A stretch of 52,373 nt of DNA, the filler included, from Squatina squatina (lineage: Eukaryota), in NCBI GenBank assembly GCA_031763465.1. It is 3 parts of 3 records of this genome, joined end to end, with 100 filler letters (N's around TTAATTAATTAA, not from the genome) between each part and the next. Parts side by side here need not be neighbours in the genome. Positions count along the whole stretch, not along the records: positions 19,003 to 38,455 come from JARFOE010000115.1; positions 38,556 to 52,373 come from JARFOE010000192.1; 1 more part is not named here. One strand, given 5' to 3'. The position numbers and the translations under genes are program-made. Below the pieces are notes generated by a model that made no database searches, was not told the origin of the DNA, and saw nothing but the letters and a program-made list of their open reading frames with translations. This document shows positions 35,907-48,596 of this stretch, piece by piece (within the stretch, counting starts at the first letter, position 1; the number at the start of each line of letters is the position of its first letter).

Positions 35907-37274
35907 TTACCACATCAACTGAAAAGTACCCCAGACACAGCATGTTTAGAAGGTAAAGGGAAATAATTCGCCATCCCCTCATTAGGTTGCTTTGGACGAA
36001 AGGCCATATTCAAATCATACTCAATGAAGTGCCTTTGCAGACTTTAGCCAGCAATGATATCAATCATATTTTTTNNNNNNNNNNNNNNNNNNNNACTGTG
36101 CCGTCTATAATCTTAGAGAGGCCTGGTCATCGATCGTCATATAAATAACCCTATTCATTACTGGCAGCGACTTCGTTCACTTTATTTGGCAGGAAATGAT
36201 GGCTCACTCTTGCTCTCTCTCTCTCATCTAAACGAACGCCGAGGGCATATTCTGTGAAACAATTGACTGCAGTGAACCTTTTGCTCCACGCTGTTCAGTT
36301 CGTGTTATGATGTCCTATTCCAGATTTATCGAATATTCTTTTTTGTGACAAAATTAATTATTTGAATCAACTGAGAATCTGGACAATCCAACGCTACAAT
36401 CTTTAATTATTACACACCCAAAAAGAAAGTGCAGTGTTTCAAATTATATCAATTAGTTGGGAATTTCAGATAGTGGTATGAACATTTCATATCTTCAAAT
36501 ACTGAGTACACAAAAGACAGTCATGCACTTGAAACAAAGTTGTCACTACACGTGTCTTCACTGCAACATTGAGATACATGCCATTGCTGACTGGTGCAAA
36601 ACCAATCCAAATTCATGGCCAATTATGCGTCACAAGGACACAAGCAATTCATCCTGCATCATATGCTCTTAAAAGATTATATAAACAGGACATTAAACAC
36701 ACTAATCTAATTGCTGCAACTGACTCGGTCCCAAGGATTCCTTGTTTATATCATATGACAAAATGTGGACAGCACTATAAAGCATGGCTCCCTGCCCCCA
36801 GATGAAGCATTGGCTATCAATATAAATAAATCCTGTGATTCCAGAAAATTAGTAATGCATTGCTGGTGAACCTCTGTAGAAAAAAAATTGTATTTTCATC
36901 TTTCCAAACAAAAATGTTTTATTTTGTTAATATTCTGTGCTCTCAAAATGGGCATCCGCATTTCTTAGATTTCAGGGAAAAATTAAGACAAGATGGTTGG
37001 ACTATTAGGTACTGTTTCAAAACATCATCTCAGGGAGCTGAGATTTAAAAACACGGGCACCATTTTGAGATTAAGGGGACTGTAGAAAAATGTGGTTAAG
37101 TATTCAAGACAATCTGGGCAGAGGGGAGGTAAAAAGAGAATGATATCTATAATAAATGGGCATGCTCCAAAGGATACCCTTCAGCTAAGTTACCTCAACG
37201 CATCTATTTCAGAACAGCAACTAAAATGACACAGCTTCTTAATGGCATTTTGAACAGTTAACTAAGTCCCTTTA

Positions 37275-37620
37275 AACAACTTATATTTATATAGCATCTT
37301 TTACATCCTCAGGACTTCACAGCAAATTAAATATTTTTGCGTGGTCACTGTTGTAATGTAGAAGAATGTGGGAGCCAATTTGTGCACAGCAAGCTCCCAC
37401 AAATGGCAGCAATATACATGACCAGATAATCTGTTTCAAAGGTACAGGCTGAGGGGTAAATATTCACCAGCAGACTAGGAGCAGTCCTCTGCTCTTCTTC
37501 AAACAATGTCATGGAATCTTTTATATTTACCTGAGGGAACAGATTGGGCCTTGATCTAACATCTCTGAAAGACAGCACTTCTGATGGTGTGGTATTGCAC
37601 TAAAATGTCAGTTTAGAATA
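37275..37620 (-). mobile_element. Deu-domain SINE (SacSINE1/AmnSINE-like)
   Basis: The tail is aacaacttatatttatatagc. The body includes gccaatttgtgcacagcaagctcccacaaa, catggaatcttttatatttacctgag and gaaagacagcacttctga. Confidence 0.7.
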
Positions 37621-38455
37621 TGTCATAGAGTCATTACGGCACAGGAGGCGGCCATTCGGCCCATCGAGTCCANNNNNNNNNNNNNNNNNNNNNNNNNNNN
37701 NNNNNNNNNNNNNNNNNNNNNNNNNNNNNNNNNNNNNNNNNNNNNNNNNNNNNNNNNNNNNNNNNNNNNNNNTGGCATAAGCAGTTTCTGAGATTTCAAG
37801 CACAGCAGGCAAATCAACGTATTGGAAAGTCGCTGGGAAATAAACACCATGACACATTTACCCGGCTACCTTTTGGAGAGTTTCTTTTAGAAAGCTGTTT
37901 TTGTTTTATTTAAAAAAAAATGCATCCAGCTTTGCAGCAAGTACAGGCTATATTAGCACTAGGAACGGGTATACCGTGTCATCGTCAGATTTTGGATAGA
38001 GTGCAGGGAGGTCAAAACATAAAAGGAAGCCGGATCTTAATGTAAATAAAGATGTCCTTGATCGATTGTAAGTAATGCTTCTTTCAATAAATAATTCCAT
38101 TGAGCAAACTGATTATATCTTCAAATTTAAGGTGGTCCAATATTATTGTGTCACAACAATTTACAGAATAAGCTTCAGGCGCTGTTGTACATATTGGCAG
38201 ATTTGAAGCCACGCATTCTTTTTGCGCTCTGGAAGTCTCCAGTTATGGAAAGTGTGTTCCGACATCGCAGAGAAACAATTAAATGAGCTCCCCTGGTAGT
38301 CAGCCGGTTGTAATTTGTTGGAAAGGGTACCTGCAGTGGGAGTCAGTGTTGCAGGAATTGGCAGGAGAAGGAGGTACTAGTTCCAGCAGAGGGCATCGTA
38401 TTCCAGTCACAATGATTTGACGCAACGACTGCAAACATTATTGCAAAATGCAATC

Positions 38456-38555
38456 NNNNNNNNNNNNNNNNNNNNNNNNNNNNNNNNNNNNNNNNNNNNT
38501 TAATTAATTAANNNNNNNNNNNNNNNNNNNNNNNNNNNNNNNNNNNNNNNNNNNN
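38456..38555. other. Artificial scaffold linker N44-TTAATTAATTAA-N44
   Basis: The same 12-mer at 38500-38511 sits within 100 positions. Confidence 0.97.
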
Positions 38556-39510
38556 CTTGACAATTTCTTGCTGCCAGTGAAGACTACAGCTCCCCAGTTA
38601 CTAACACCACCCCTCTATTCAGCAGGGAAGATTACCCATTATTCACCAATGGTTGATTTCACTACATTTTAATAATGACCGAGTGTTAATGCGACAGACG
38701 TACTTATCACAATTTTGTTCTGCGCAGTGGTTCTCCTGATGTTGTAATTACAAGTCTTTCTTCCCTGACATGCACCTAGCTGAATGAATACTGCCTTTGT
38801 TTTTCTTTTACATATTGTTCAATAAAGACAGGGAAGAAGTGGGCCTTTACCCTTCATACTGTATCTTATGATTAAAAAAAAAATCAGCAAAGGCATATTT
38901 TAACACAATTCTAGCACAACTTCCTCCAGACTAATGAATCAGCCGGCCACTGTAACTCCAGTGTCCAAGCTGTAGCTTAAAAAAAATTACAATTCTCTAA
39001 TAAAAAAATCTCAATTGAAATGTTAACCCATGTTTCTTCTTCAGACGTGGACTAACCTGCAGTTTATTTTCAGCTTTTTTGTTTAGGTTGTAATGAGTTG
39101 CTTTTCAGCCCAGATGATTGCCATTATATTTCCCCATCGATCTGTACGACTTGCATCAAAACTGAAGGTTTGGGGGCTTGTTTGTTGTCACTCTGAGCTT
39201 TGCGCTCTTCCAGCTCAATTGGGCACTTTCACTGGCCTCAGGTCCAAACAGTAAGTACCTGGCCATGTGAATACGTATGGCTGATTTTGAAGATGCTAGT
39301 ATTAAATAGTATTAAAATGCTGGAAGTAGAGTCAGCATTTGAAGGAGAGACAGGTTAGTGAGCTGGGTGTGACTCTTAAACAGAACTACCTGTTTTGCCC
39401 AAAAATGCAANNNNNNNNNNNNNNNNNNNNNNNNNNNNNNNNNNNNNNNNNNNNNNNNNNNNNNNNNNNNNNNNNNNNNNNNNNNNNNNNNNNNNNNNNN
39501 NNNNNNNNNN

Positions 39511-40530
39511 TCTCAGCTCAGTGTGTTTAAATCCATTTGGAAGAAAATGTCACTCTCAGCTCAGTGTGTTTAAATCCATATGGAAGAGAATGTCACTCTC
39601 AGCTCAGTGTGTTGAAATCCAGATGGAAGAGAATGTCACTCTCAGCTCAATTTTTGTAAATCCTTATCGAAGAGAAGGTCACTCTCAGCTCAGTGTGTCT
39701 AAATCTCTGTACAGGAGAATGTCACTCTCAGCTCAATTTTTGTAAATCCTTATCGAAGAGAAGGTCACTCTCAGCTCAGTGTGTTTAAATCTATATAGAG
39801 GAGAATGTCACTCTCAACTCAGTGTGTTTAAATCTATCAACAGGAGAATGTCACTCTCAGCTCAGTGTGTTTAAATCTCGAAACAGGAGAATGTCACTCT
39901 CAGCTCAGTGTGTTTAAATCTATATAGAGGAGAATGTCACTATCAGCTCAATGTGTTTAAATCCAGAAAGAAAAGAATGTCACTCAGCTCAGTGTGTTTA
40001 AATCTCGAAACAGGAGAATGTCACTCTCAGCTCAGTGNNNNNNNNNNNNNNNNNNNNNNNNNNNNNNNNNNNNNNNNNNNNNNNNNNNNNNNNNNNNNNN
40101 NNNNNNNNNNNNNNNNNNNNNNNNNNNNNNNNNNNNNCTCAGTGTGTTTAAATCTATATACAGGAGAATGTCACTCTCAGCTCAGTGTGTTTAAATCTAT
40201 ATACAGGAGAATGTGACTCTCAGCTCAATGTGTTTAAATCTATATAAAGGAGAATGTCACTCTCAGCTCAGTGTGTTTAAATCTATATAAAGAAGAATGT
40301 CACTCTCAGCTCAGTGCGTTTATATCCATATACAGGAGAATGTCACCCTGAACACAGTGTGTTTAAATCTATATACAGGAGAATGTGACTCTCAGCTCAG
40401 TGTGTTTAAGTCAATCCGCAGGAGAATGTCACTCACAGCTCAGTGTGTTTAAATCTATATAAAGGAGAACGTCACCCTAAGCCCAATGTGTTTATATCCA
40501 TATACAGGAGAATGTCACTCTCAGCTCAGT
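39511..40530. repeat. 43-bp tandem satellite/minisatellite, about 20 visible copies, collapsed by gaps
   Basis: The unit is TCTCAGCTCAGTGTGTTTAAATCTATATACAGGAGAATGTCAC. The period of 43 is measured from 40138 to 40181. Confidence 0.97.
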
Positions 40531-41110
40531 GGGCTAGAAATTGATTATAGCCGAGGAATGGGCGGTATCTTCAGAAAAGTTTGATAATTAGCCCCTGGCG
40601 CTTATGCTTCAGACTGCTCACGATACTAATTCTCATAGAAATGATTGGGGACATAATCTAGATCTTAAAGGCCTAGATCAGTGGCAGTACACTCAAAGAG
40701 TGATCCAACATCGGGCGCAGTCTAATCTCAACTCATCACTGCCACAGGCCTTTCCCAATACTTAAAGGGGAAGTTCATTTGTACTGCAGCACCTCATTCT
40801 AAGCATTGCTGGCTGTGCAGCTGCCTCAACGAGGAGAAGCACAACAAGGAGAAGGAGCCGGAGGACTGAAGCAGGTGTGCTCCTGGCAGATCCACCTCAT
40901 TCGGGTGGTCAGGGTGATTGAAGGCTTCAACAAATGCTACATACCATCACTTGTACCACAATCTTCGCACACTGCCCAAAGCACCACATCCCCAGCGCTC
41001 ACCCACCAACAATGTCTGCCTACCAACACTTACACCCACATCTCACGCCTTGCACACAACTGCAGCTGTTCAACAAACGTCATTAGTTATTGGAATGAAT
41101 GTGATATGTT
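40531..41110 (+). mobile_element. Probable Harbinger-like DNA transposon remnant
   Basis: It begins abruptly at the satellite edge with gggctagaaattg, a terminus like other GGG..GAA(A)TT elements in this window. No transposase motif was confirmed. Confidence 0.4.
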
Positions 41111-41623
41111 TAGTCATATAGAATCATAGAAATCTACAGCACAGAAAGAGGCCATTTAGNNNNNNNNNNNNNNNNNNNNNNNNNNNNNNNNNNNNNNNNN
41201 NNNNNNNNNNNNNNNNNNNNNNNNNNNNNNNNNNNNNNNNNNNNNNNNNNNNNNNNNNNTGAAGTAATATTTTAATTTGAGTTTTTTCCTAATTAGTTGG
41301 GGTGGAAGTGCGCAAATAAATTTGGTTCACTGCTGATAGCAGAGGGGCAGCCCAGTGTAAACCTGATGGATTGTGAGAAAAAAGGCATGCACTGTTAACT
41401 GTTTTTTTTAACCATCCCTCAATCACGGACAAATCTGAAAAGAATACACACTAGACTGAAGCAAACTATAAATTATGCTCCATTACAAAATAACACCTAC
41501 AAGTATAGTGGATGCTGAAATGATAAGGAGATAATAGCCATTTCTCCCATTTTTTTGGGTGGGTGCATACACATACGTAGTTTACGAATGGCTGTCCAAA
41601 CCCTAAATAAAGATCATTATTAC

Positions 41624-41842
41624 CTGGTAGGTGTTCGTGGCATCTGAACTGGCAGTGGCATCATGTCCCAGTGTGCCCAGCTTCTCTTTCAGTTTGTGGT
41701 GAGAGCGATGCCTGAGGCAGTAGATGACCCCTGATGCAACAAGGACCCCGATGATGCAGATGATGGAGATTATTGTTAAGATAATAAATTTGGTCGAGTC
41801 CTCTTCGTTGGCCCGGAGGGGGAAAGCCCGCAGTTTGCTTTT
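41624..41842 (-). CDS. PTPRN2: Receptor-type tyrosine-protein phosphatase N2 (phogrin/IA-2beta), transmembrane exon
   Basis: A 219-bp phase 0/0 exon: ttcag|[55 protein letters not shown]...DATNTYQ|gtaata. It closely resembles the human PTPRN2 segment EDSTKFI..GVLLASGLIYCLRH..LKEKL..DATAAYQ. Confidence 0.93.
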
Positions 41843-44800
41843 CTGAAGTGGGGGAGGGTGGGGGGGAAGAAGGAGAAGCAGGTTAGAAAATAAATAAAAC
41901 CGCATTACAGGTTATTTTTTTTGGTGTGGGTGTGATTTTATTTTCTGTAAAAGAAGATTGCAGTGGTCATATTCCTGTTTGTTCCTTCCCACTGCGAGAT
42001 CACACAGCAATTCATCCACGTCAACCTTCATCATTAGATGTATTAGTAACAATTTTTTAAAAAACACAAACGAAGTCAAAATTCATGTATTGCAATGCAC
42101 AGAGTAAATAATAAACTGGGAGAACTGGAAGCAATTATTTTGCAGAAAGATCTTGAATTAATAGCATAAACAGCAGAGTGGACAAGAAAGGGAAATTATC
42201 AGGATTTATCAGATAGCCCTTCTGATACTCAATGTCTAGGCTTGTACATGAAGAACGGCTACTTGGATGATCTGTTAGTGCTGGTGTAACTGTACTCTAG
42301 CATCAGTCACCGCCTTTGGGTAAAAGAAAGTGTTAAAAATTAGTTTGAAAAAGCTGATTTGCACCTGCTGCAAGGGACACTGCCGGTGATGCGAGACTCT
42401 TCCCCCTTCCAGGTAATCTCACGGCTGCTGGTGCCAAGTTTCAGAGCTCTGCAGAATCAGCAGTTATATTGAGAATACAGATGTACTGCAGCTGGCAAAA
42501 GTGCAGTTAATACCACCTCCTGAAAGTAGGATTGTTTACAGAAGTGAAATACTGCGGATGCTGGAATCTAGAATACAAACAAAAAATGCTGGAAAAACTC
42601 AGCAGGTCAGGCAGCATCNNNNNNNNNNNNNNNNNNNNNNNNNNNNNNNNNNNNNNGGGTGTCATTCTACCACTTAAAAAAAAATCTTTAGTGTTGGCCA
42701 TTCACTGAATGGTCTGTGAAGCAGAGCTGGCCCTTAAAAGAGGAACGAAAACCTAAAACTTCATTTTACGCTTTTTGCTTTGAGGTTTTTGCATTTTTGC
42801 GAAAGAAAAGACATATATCTTCTAATATGGGTGATTAAAATAAGCAGAAAAAGTTTCTGCTCACAAATTCCTGAAATTTAGAAAGATTTCGGTCCTTCAG
42901 TAGATTCGCCTGGCTGACCTACACTCGTCCGAAACAGCCAAACTTGAAGCTATAAAAGACCTGAATTAGCGCTGTCAATCTTTTCCTTTTGAGCAGCTTT
43001 CACATCATTCTCAATAAAGCTGAATACTTAAAATGTTAGGGGCTTTGAGTGGTGGGTGGGGAGAGAATCCTTTTTTGCGGCAGTTTCAAACGATTTTGCA
43101 TCAAGCGAGCGTGGGGTTTAATTAGATATTCTTACAGAAACCATACAAAGAGAAAGAGATTGTCAAATGCTTTAATTCTGAGCGCACCTTTTTAAAAAAA
43201 GACAACATAAATATATCTGTGTGAACTGGAATAGACAGCAATCCCACTATAAACATCACAGGGAAATTTGTTGATGATTTTTTTTCCTTAGTTATTAGCA
43301 GGCTCTGCTTGCCTTTTAACTAAATACCTGATGCATGAAATGTTCTTCACATCCTGAATGTTCTGTGATTAAAGAATTTCAGCGCAGTGTATAAGAAGTG
43401 ATGGAGAGTGGCGCTTTTAGCTACTGACTCAGTTTATCCTTCGACCTTTTGAAACAATATTAGAAAAATTATTTGATCTCGCGGAGCCATAAAATAACGT
43501 CACTGAATGTACATTGAGATAGGCGTTTTATTTCCTACTTTATTATCTGGTAATATGTATAAATGTTGATGGCAAGAGTTTAAGGATGTTTTATGAATAG
43601 TGCACACTGCAGAGTTCAGCAAGATAGCATTGTATGAAGGATAAAGTGGACTATAAAACGCTGTTTACAACCAGTCTTCAGCTCCTGATGGAATAGTATG
43701 GAGATTAACATAGATTGGACTGAATTTTCAGCCTGAAGAGTTTTCATGGTTTTGGCAAGAACATTTTTATACTCCAACTAAAATATACTTGGAATTATTG
43801 TAAACAATTGTTTCTTATGAATACTTATGTTTGAAACTCAGGGAATTCACACTACTTTCCCTTTGTGATTTGTGGAATAGTATCTCCTGGAAAACTGGGG
43901 CGACTACCTTCTCCAAGGCATGGATTGCACGCTTGATGCTGAACAGTCCAACTAACTGAGTTAAGAGTTAGCTATTAACTTGATCAGGTCTACTAAATTT
44001 AAGGACCTCACCAACCTACCTGTCAATTTTGCCACATCCTTTCAATTCAAATCCAACAATGACCATTTTTTTCTTTAAAATTACATGATTATTTTTTGAA
44101 AAAAAAATCTGTACAAGAGGATATTTAACTGGCATTTGCTGATTAGCTTTTTATTTAATGGTGGTCAAGACTCAGTGCGGTTCTCCATCTCTGGAGTCGG
44201 AAGCTGAATTNNNNNNNNNNNNNNNNNNNNNNNNNNNNNNNNNNNNNNNNNNNNNNNNNNNNNNNNNNNNNNNNNNNNNNNNNNNNNNNNNNNNNNNNNN
44301 NNNNNNNNNNNNNNNNNNNNNNNNNNNNNNNNNNNNNNNNNNNNNNNNNNNNNNNNNNNNNNNNNNNNNNNNNNNNNNNNNNNNNNNNNNNNNNNNNNNN
44401 NNNNNNNNNNNNNNNNNNNNNNNNNNNNNNNNNNNNNNNNNNNNNNNNNNNNNNNNNNNNNNNNNNNNNNNNNNNNNNNNNNNNNNNNNNNNNNNNNNNN
44501 NNNNNNNNNNNNNNNNNNNNNNNNNNNNNNNNNNNNNNNNNNNNNNNNNNNNNNNNNNNNNNNNNNNNNNNNNNNNNNNNNNNNNNNNNNNNNNNNNNNN
44601 NNNNNNNNNNNNNNNNNNNNNNNNNNNNNNNNNNNNNNNNNNNNNNNNNNNNNNNNNNNNNNNNNNNNNNNNNNNNNNNNNNNNNNNNNNNNNNNNNNNN
44701 NNNNNNNNNNNNNNNNNNNNNNNNNNNNNNNNNNNNNNNNNNNNNNNNNNNNNNNNNNNNNNNNNNNNNNNNNNNNNNNNNNNNNNNNNNNNNNNNNNNN

Positions 44801-46908
44801 NNNNNNNNNNNNNNNNNNNNNNNNNNNNNNNNNNNNNNNNNNNNNNNNNNNNNNNNNNNNNNNNNNNNNNNNNNNNNNNNNNNNNNNNNNNNNNNNNNNN
44901 NNNNNNNNNNNNNNNNNNNNNNNNNNNNNNNNNNNNNNNNNNNNNNNNNNNNNNNNNNNNNNNNNNNNNNNNNNNNNNNNNNNNNNNNNNNNNNNNNNNN
45001 NNNNNNNNNNNNNNNNNNNNNNNNNNNNNNNNNNNNNNNNNNNNNNNNNNNNNNNNNNNNNNNNNNNNNNNNNNNNNNNNNNNNNNNNNNNNNNNNNNNN
45101 NNNNNNNNNNNNNNNNNNNNNNNNNNNNNNNNNNNNNNNNNNNNNNNNNNNNNNNNNNNNNNNNNNNNNNNNNNNAATATGTATAACCTTTTTTTCTCAT
45201 CGCTCAGTGTGCTATTAATAAATTAAATAATAGGTGGTGTCGTAATTCTGCTCTGGGATGAAGCAAATAATCCAAAAGAAAAGCCCCCAAAAGCTTTTTT
45301 CGCCCCCTCCCTTGCCCATCAATATTTAAACTTTTGTGTTTCTTTTTTAAAAAAGAAAAAAAATATATTAAATGCGTTCAATCAAGCAGAAATAATCGTG
45401 TATTAACACTTGACATTACAAAATCCTTTCAAAAAGATATTACTAAAACATGAGGCATTGTAATTTAAAACTGCAGGAGAGAAAAAAAAGCTTTGTGCCC
45501 CTGAAAACCATTGTCCCTCTATATCACTGGAAATTGTACTTGCAAATTCATCATTCATTGCAGCCGAAAAGATAGACCAGTTAATATTTAAACCAACTCC
45601 TTCAATATAAATTTCTATTTAATCGACAGTTACCGCGATACTGCCATATGATATCGAAATCTGTAAAGTTAATTTTCTGTTCTTTCTTCTCGTGATCACC
45701 TTCCTTATCCATACCCTCCCGGAAAAAAAAAACTTTTAGACGTTACCATGGTGCGAACCATACAAGCACGATACTGGAGATCGCTCTCGGTGTTCTGCTT
45801 TATTTTGGAGTGAGTTTTTTTCTTTTACATAGGAAATGCAATGAGGCATCAATTTATCAATCGGAACGGGGTCGGATTTAATAGTTTTACCTTTTCAAAA
45901 AAAAAATCTGCCAAGACAAGGGATTTAAAGACATTTATTCTCTTGGGTGAGGGTATAAAGGATTACAGAAATCAAAAAAAAAGACAAAGGGTGGAAGGAT
46001 TTCTGGAGGTTTGGCTTATACAAATCACTGAGAAAGGTCATAGCGAAAGGCACAGACCTATTCATATGAGGAGACACAGTGATCTTTCGGTGACCTTAAC
46101 ACCACAGCCCACATCACCAGTAAGTGGAAAAATGACACTATGCCTGCCGCTTTTTTTTGTTTTGTTTTCCAAACTTTAAACATCGTTTTCCTCCACCTGA
46201 ACAAAGAAAATATCACAGAGGAATCAGCAATGTGTGTCGACTAACGCTTACCCCTTTTTCAATGAACAAAACAGAGCNNNNNNNNNNNNNNNNNNNNNNN
46301 NNNNNNNNNNNNNNNNNNNNNNNNNNNNNNNNNNNNNNNNNNNNNNNNNNNNNNNNNNNNNNNNNNNNNNNNNNNNNNNNNNNNNNNNNNNNNNNNNNNN
46401 NNNNNNNNNNNNNNNNNNNNNNNNNNNNNNNNNNNNNNNNNNNNNNNNNNNNNNNNNNNNNNNNNNNNNNNNNNNNNNNNNNNNNNNNNNNNNNNNNNNN
46501 NNNNNNNNNNNNNNNNNNNNNNNNNNNNNNNNNNNNNNNNNNNNNNNNNNNNNNNNNNNNNNNNNNNNNNNNNNNNNNNNNNNNNNNNNNNNNNNNNNNN
46601 NNNNNNNNNNNNNNNNNNNNNNNNNNNNNNNNNNNNNNNNNNNNNNNNNNNNNNNNNNNNNNNNNNNNNNNNNNNNNNNNNNNNNNNNNNNNNNNNNNNN
46701 NNNNNNNNNNNNNNNNNNNNNNNNNNNNNNNNNNNNNNNNNNNNNNNNNNNNNNNNNNNNNNNNNNNNNNNNNNNNNNNNNNNNNNNTGCTTCTTGCGCT
46801 TCAAGCTTCAGATAGTAACCGTCCATCATCCATCTTTCACAGGAATGAAACCGGCAGCTGCCTTGCTTCAGCTGGAACGCTTGCAGTGGTTTGAACTTCA
46901 CAAGAAAG

Positions 46909-46958
46909 CGAAGGAGGAGGAGGAGGAGGAGGAGGTGGAGAGAGAAAAAAAAAGGGAA
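46909..46958 (+). repeat. (GAG)n purine microsatellite
   Basis: gaaggaggaggaggaggaggaggaggtggagagag, followed by an A-run. Confidence 0.85.
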
Positions 46959-48008
46959 GCACAAGATGCTCTTCTGTGGCCTCTCAGTCTTAGAATCAAC
47001 CATGTGTGCGAGGGTGATGGATTTTTTGACCACAAAGTAGTGGTCTGAGCCCCTCCTTATATTGCCCAGCCCCAAAGCCCCTGTCTGTACCACATGTCAT
47101 ATCCACTGGTTGCTATGGCGATGCTTCCACATGTTGCTGACAGTAATTGGATAAGAAGCATTTCTGTTAATAAACCTTACAGGAGTGTGAATATGAATGG
47201 GTATCAATTTGGTCACTCATTTGTAAAGCTGCTTGAGATTTCTGTTTGTACTCTGCTCAATATTTTTTTCGCTGCCCGTGTGTGAATCTCCACAATGTTG
47301 TTTTTTTTATTATTATTATCCTCCCTTGGCACCATTCATGATGTCAGCTGAGGATGACAAAATCTGAGGATCAGACTAACTGAACCCACGTCCCAGGAAA
47401 GGGATATAGATTCAATCTACGGGTGGNNNNNNNNNNNNNNNNNNNNNNNNNNNNNNNNNNNNNNNNNNNNNNNNNNNNNNNNNNNNNNNNNNNNNNNNNN
47501 NNNNNNNNNNNNNNNNNNNNNNNNNNCCATCATGTAGCATTTCCACTCAGCATATTTTACAAAGCGTATCGCAATAAAATATGAATTAAAAATGTTTTCT
47601 GTTTAAGTCCAATCTTACGCTCTTGTGAAAGAAATTCAAATGCTCACATCTACAAGGAAGTTGTTGCATTGATAATAGTCTGCTTAGCTCCACAGATATA
47701 CGGGCTACCTAAGACTAGGTATGTCCCAAGTTCACTCATTGCTTTGTGTAAAGTTAGGTAATCTCAACTGGGGCAGTGGAGAGGACACCACAACTGGTGC
47801 CAATTCTCCTGGACTTGGGAGGGGGTGAGAGGGGGAAAGGAAAGTGGCCAGTGTCCCTCCTCCTGATATGAGCAAGCAACCTCTGGAAACTGCATGGAAA
47901 CCAGGGGAGGACGAGATCATTTTGGCTATGATGCCTTACAAAATTAAATAGACCACAAATAGTCACTGTCTTCTATGTGGAACTGTAGCCCCCTCCCAGC
48001 AAGACTAT

Positions 48009-48596
48009 TGGGGTAGAAACCCGTCTAGACTCGGCGCCACACAGGCAATGCGCCCCCCAACCGAGAGGTTCATAAATAGGCCTCAGTGACATCTTATTTG
48101 CCACCTGCTGACTTCTGTCACGCCTCCACAGGCAGCTCACACATTGCCCCATTGGGAGCGGCCTTGAATATAATTCCTGGGTGGGTGTATGGAGACGGCA
48201 GCGGGAGTGGAACGGGTGTGGTGAGGGCAATCACGATGACTGTGGAGTCGGGGGAAGTACTCCTACTGCTTCTGGCTCCACGGTAAAGCTTTATTATGGG
48301 ATTTAATTTCTTTTTAAGCTTACCTTTCGTTGGCACTGAAGAATTGTGAGCCGGCCAGGTCCGGCACCTGCTCTACTCATTGTTAACTAATTTTACAGAG
48401 GGGTCCTTCGACAGGTGTTAGGTCCTTAATTAACATTTGCAAGGGGCCTAACGCCTGTTCTAGGCAGGCGCCTGCAAAGTCGCCTATGCCAATATGTTGG
48501 CACTTGTAACGCAGGCATCGATCGAGTGCGGGACATCGCAGAAATTGACCCTTTTTGCCCCCCACACTTTTCTGCACCGAGGACCAATTTCAGCCC
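48009..48596. mobile_element. Non-autonomous Harbinger-like element
   Basis: A GC-rich island bounded by ggggtagaaa and aatttcagccc (imperfect terminal inverted repeats). No clear target-site duplication. Confidence 0.45.

Noticed and set aside
39511-40530. CRISPR-like appearance (constant repeat plus variable spacer)
   Set aside because: The variable parts are only about 11 bp and related to each other. There are no cas genes and the context is vertebrate. It is a satellite.
13250-41842. Functional cluster of neural genes (GPCR, cholinesterase, SLITRK3, PTPRN2)
   Set aside because: The genes sit on three separately concatenated scaffolds. Only BCHE and SLITRK3 share a scaffold.
44158-47093. 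Long ORFs of 180-342 aa in the track (also 25756-26541)
   Set aside because: They are artefacts of translating N runs.
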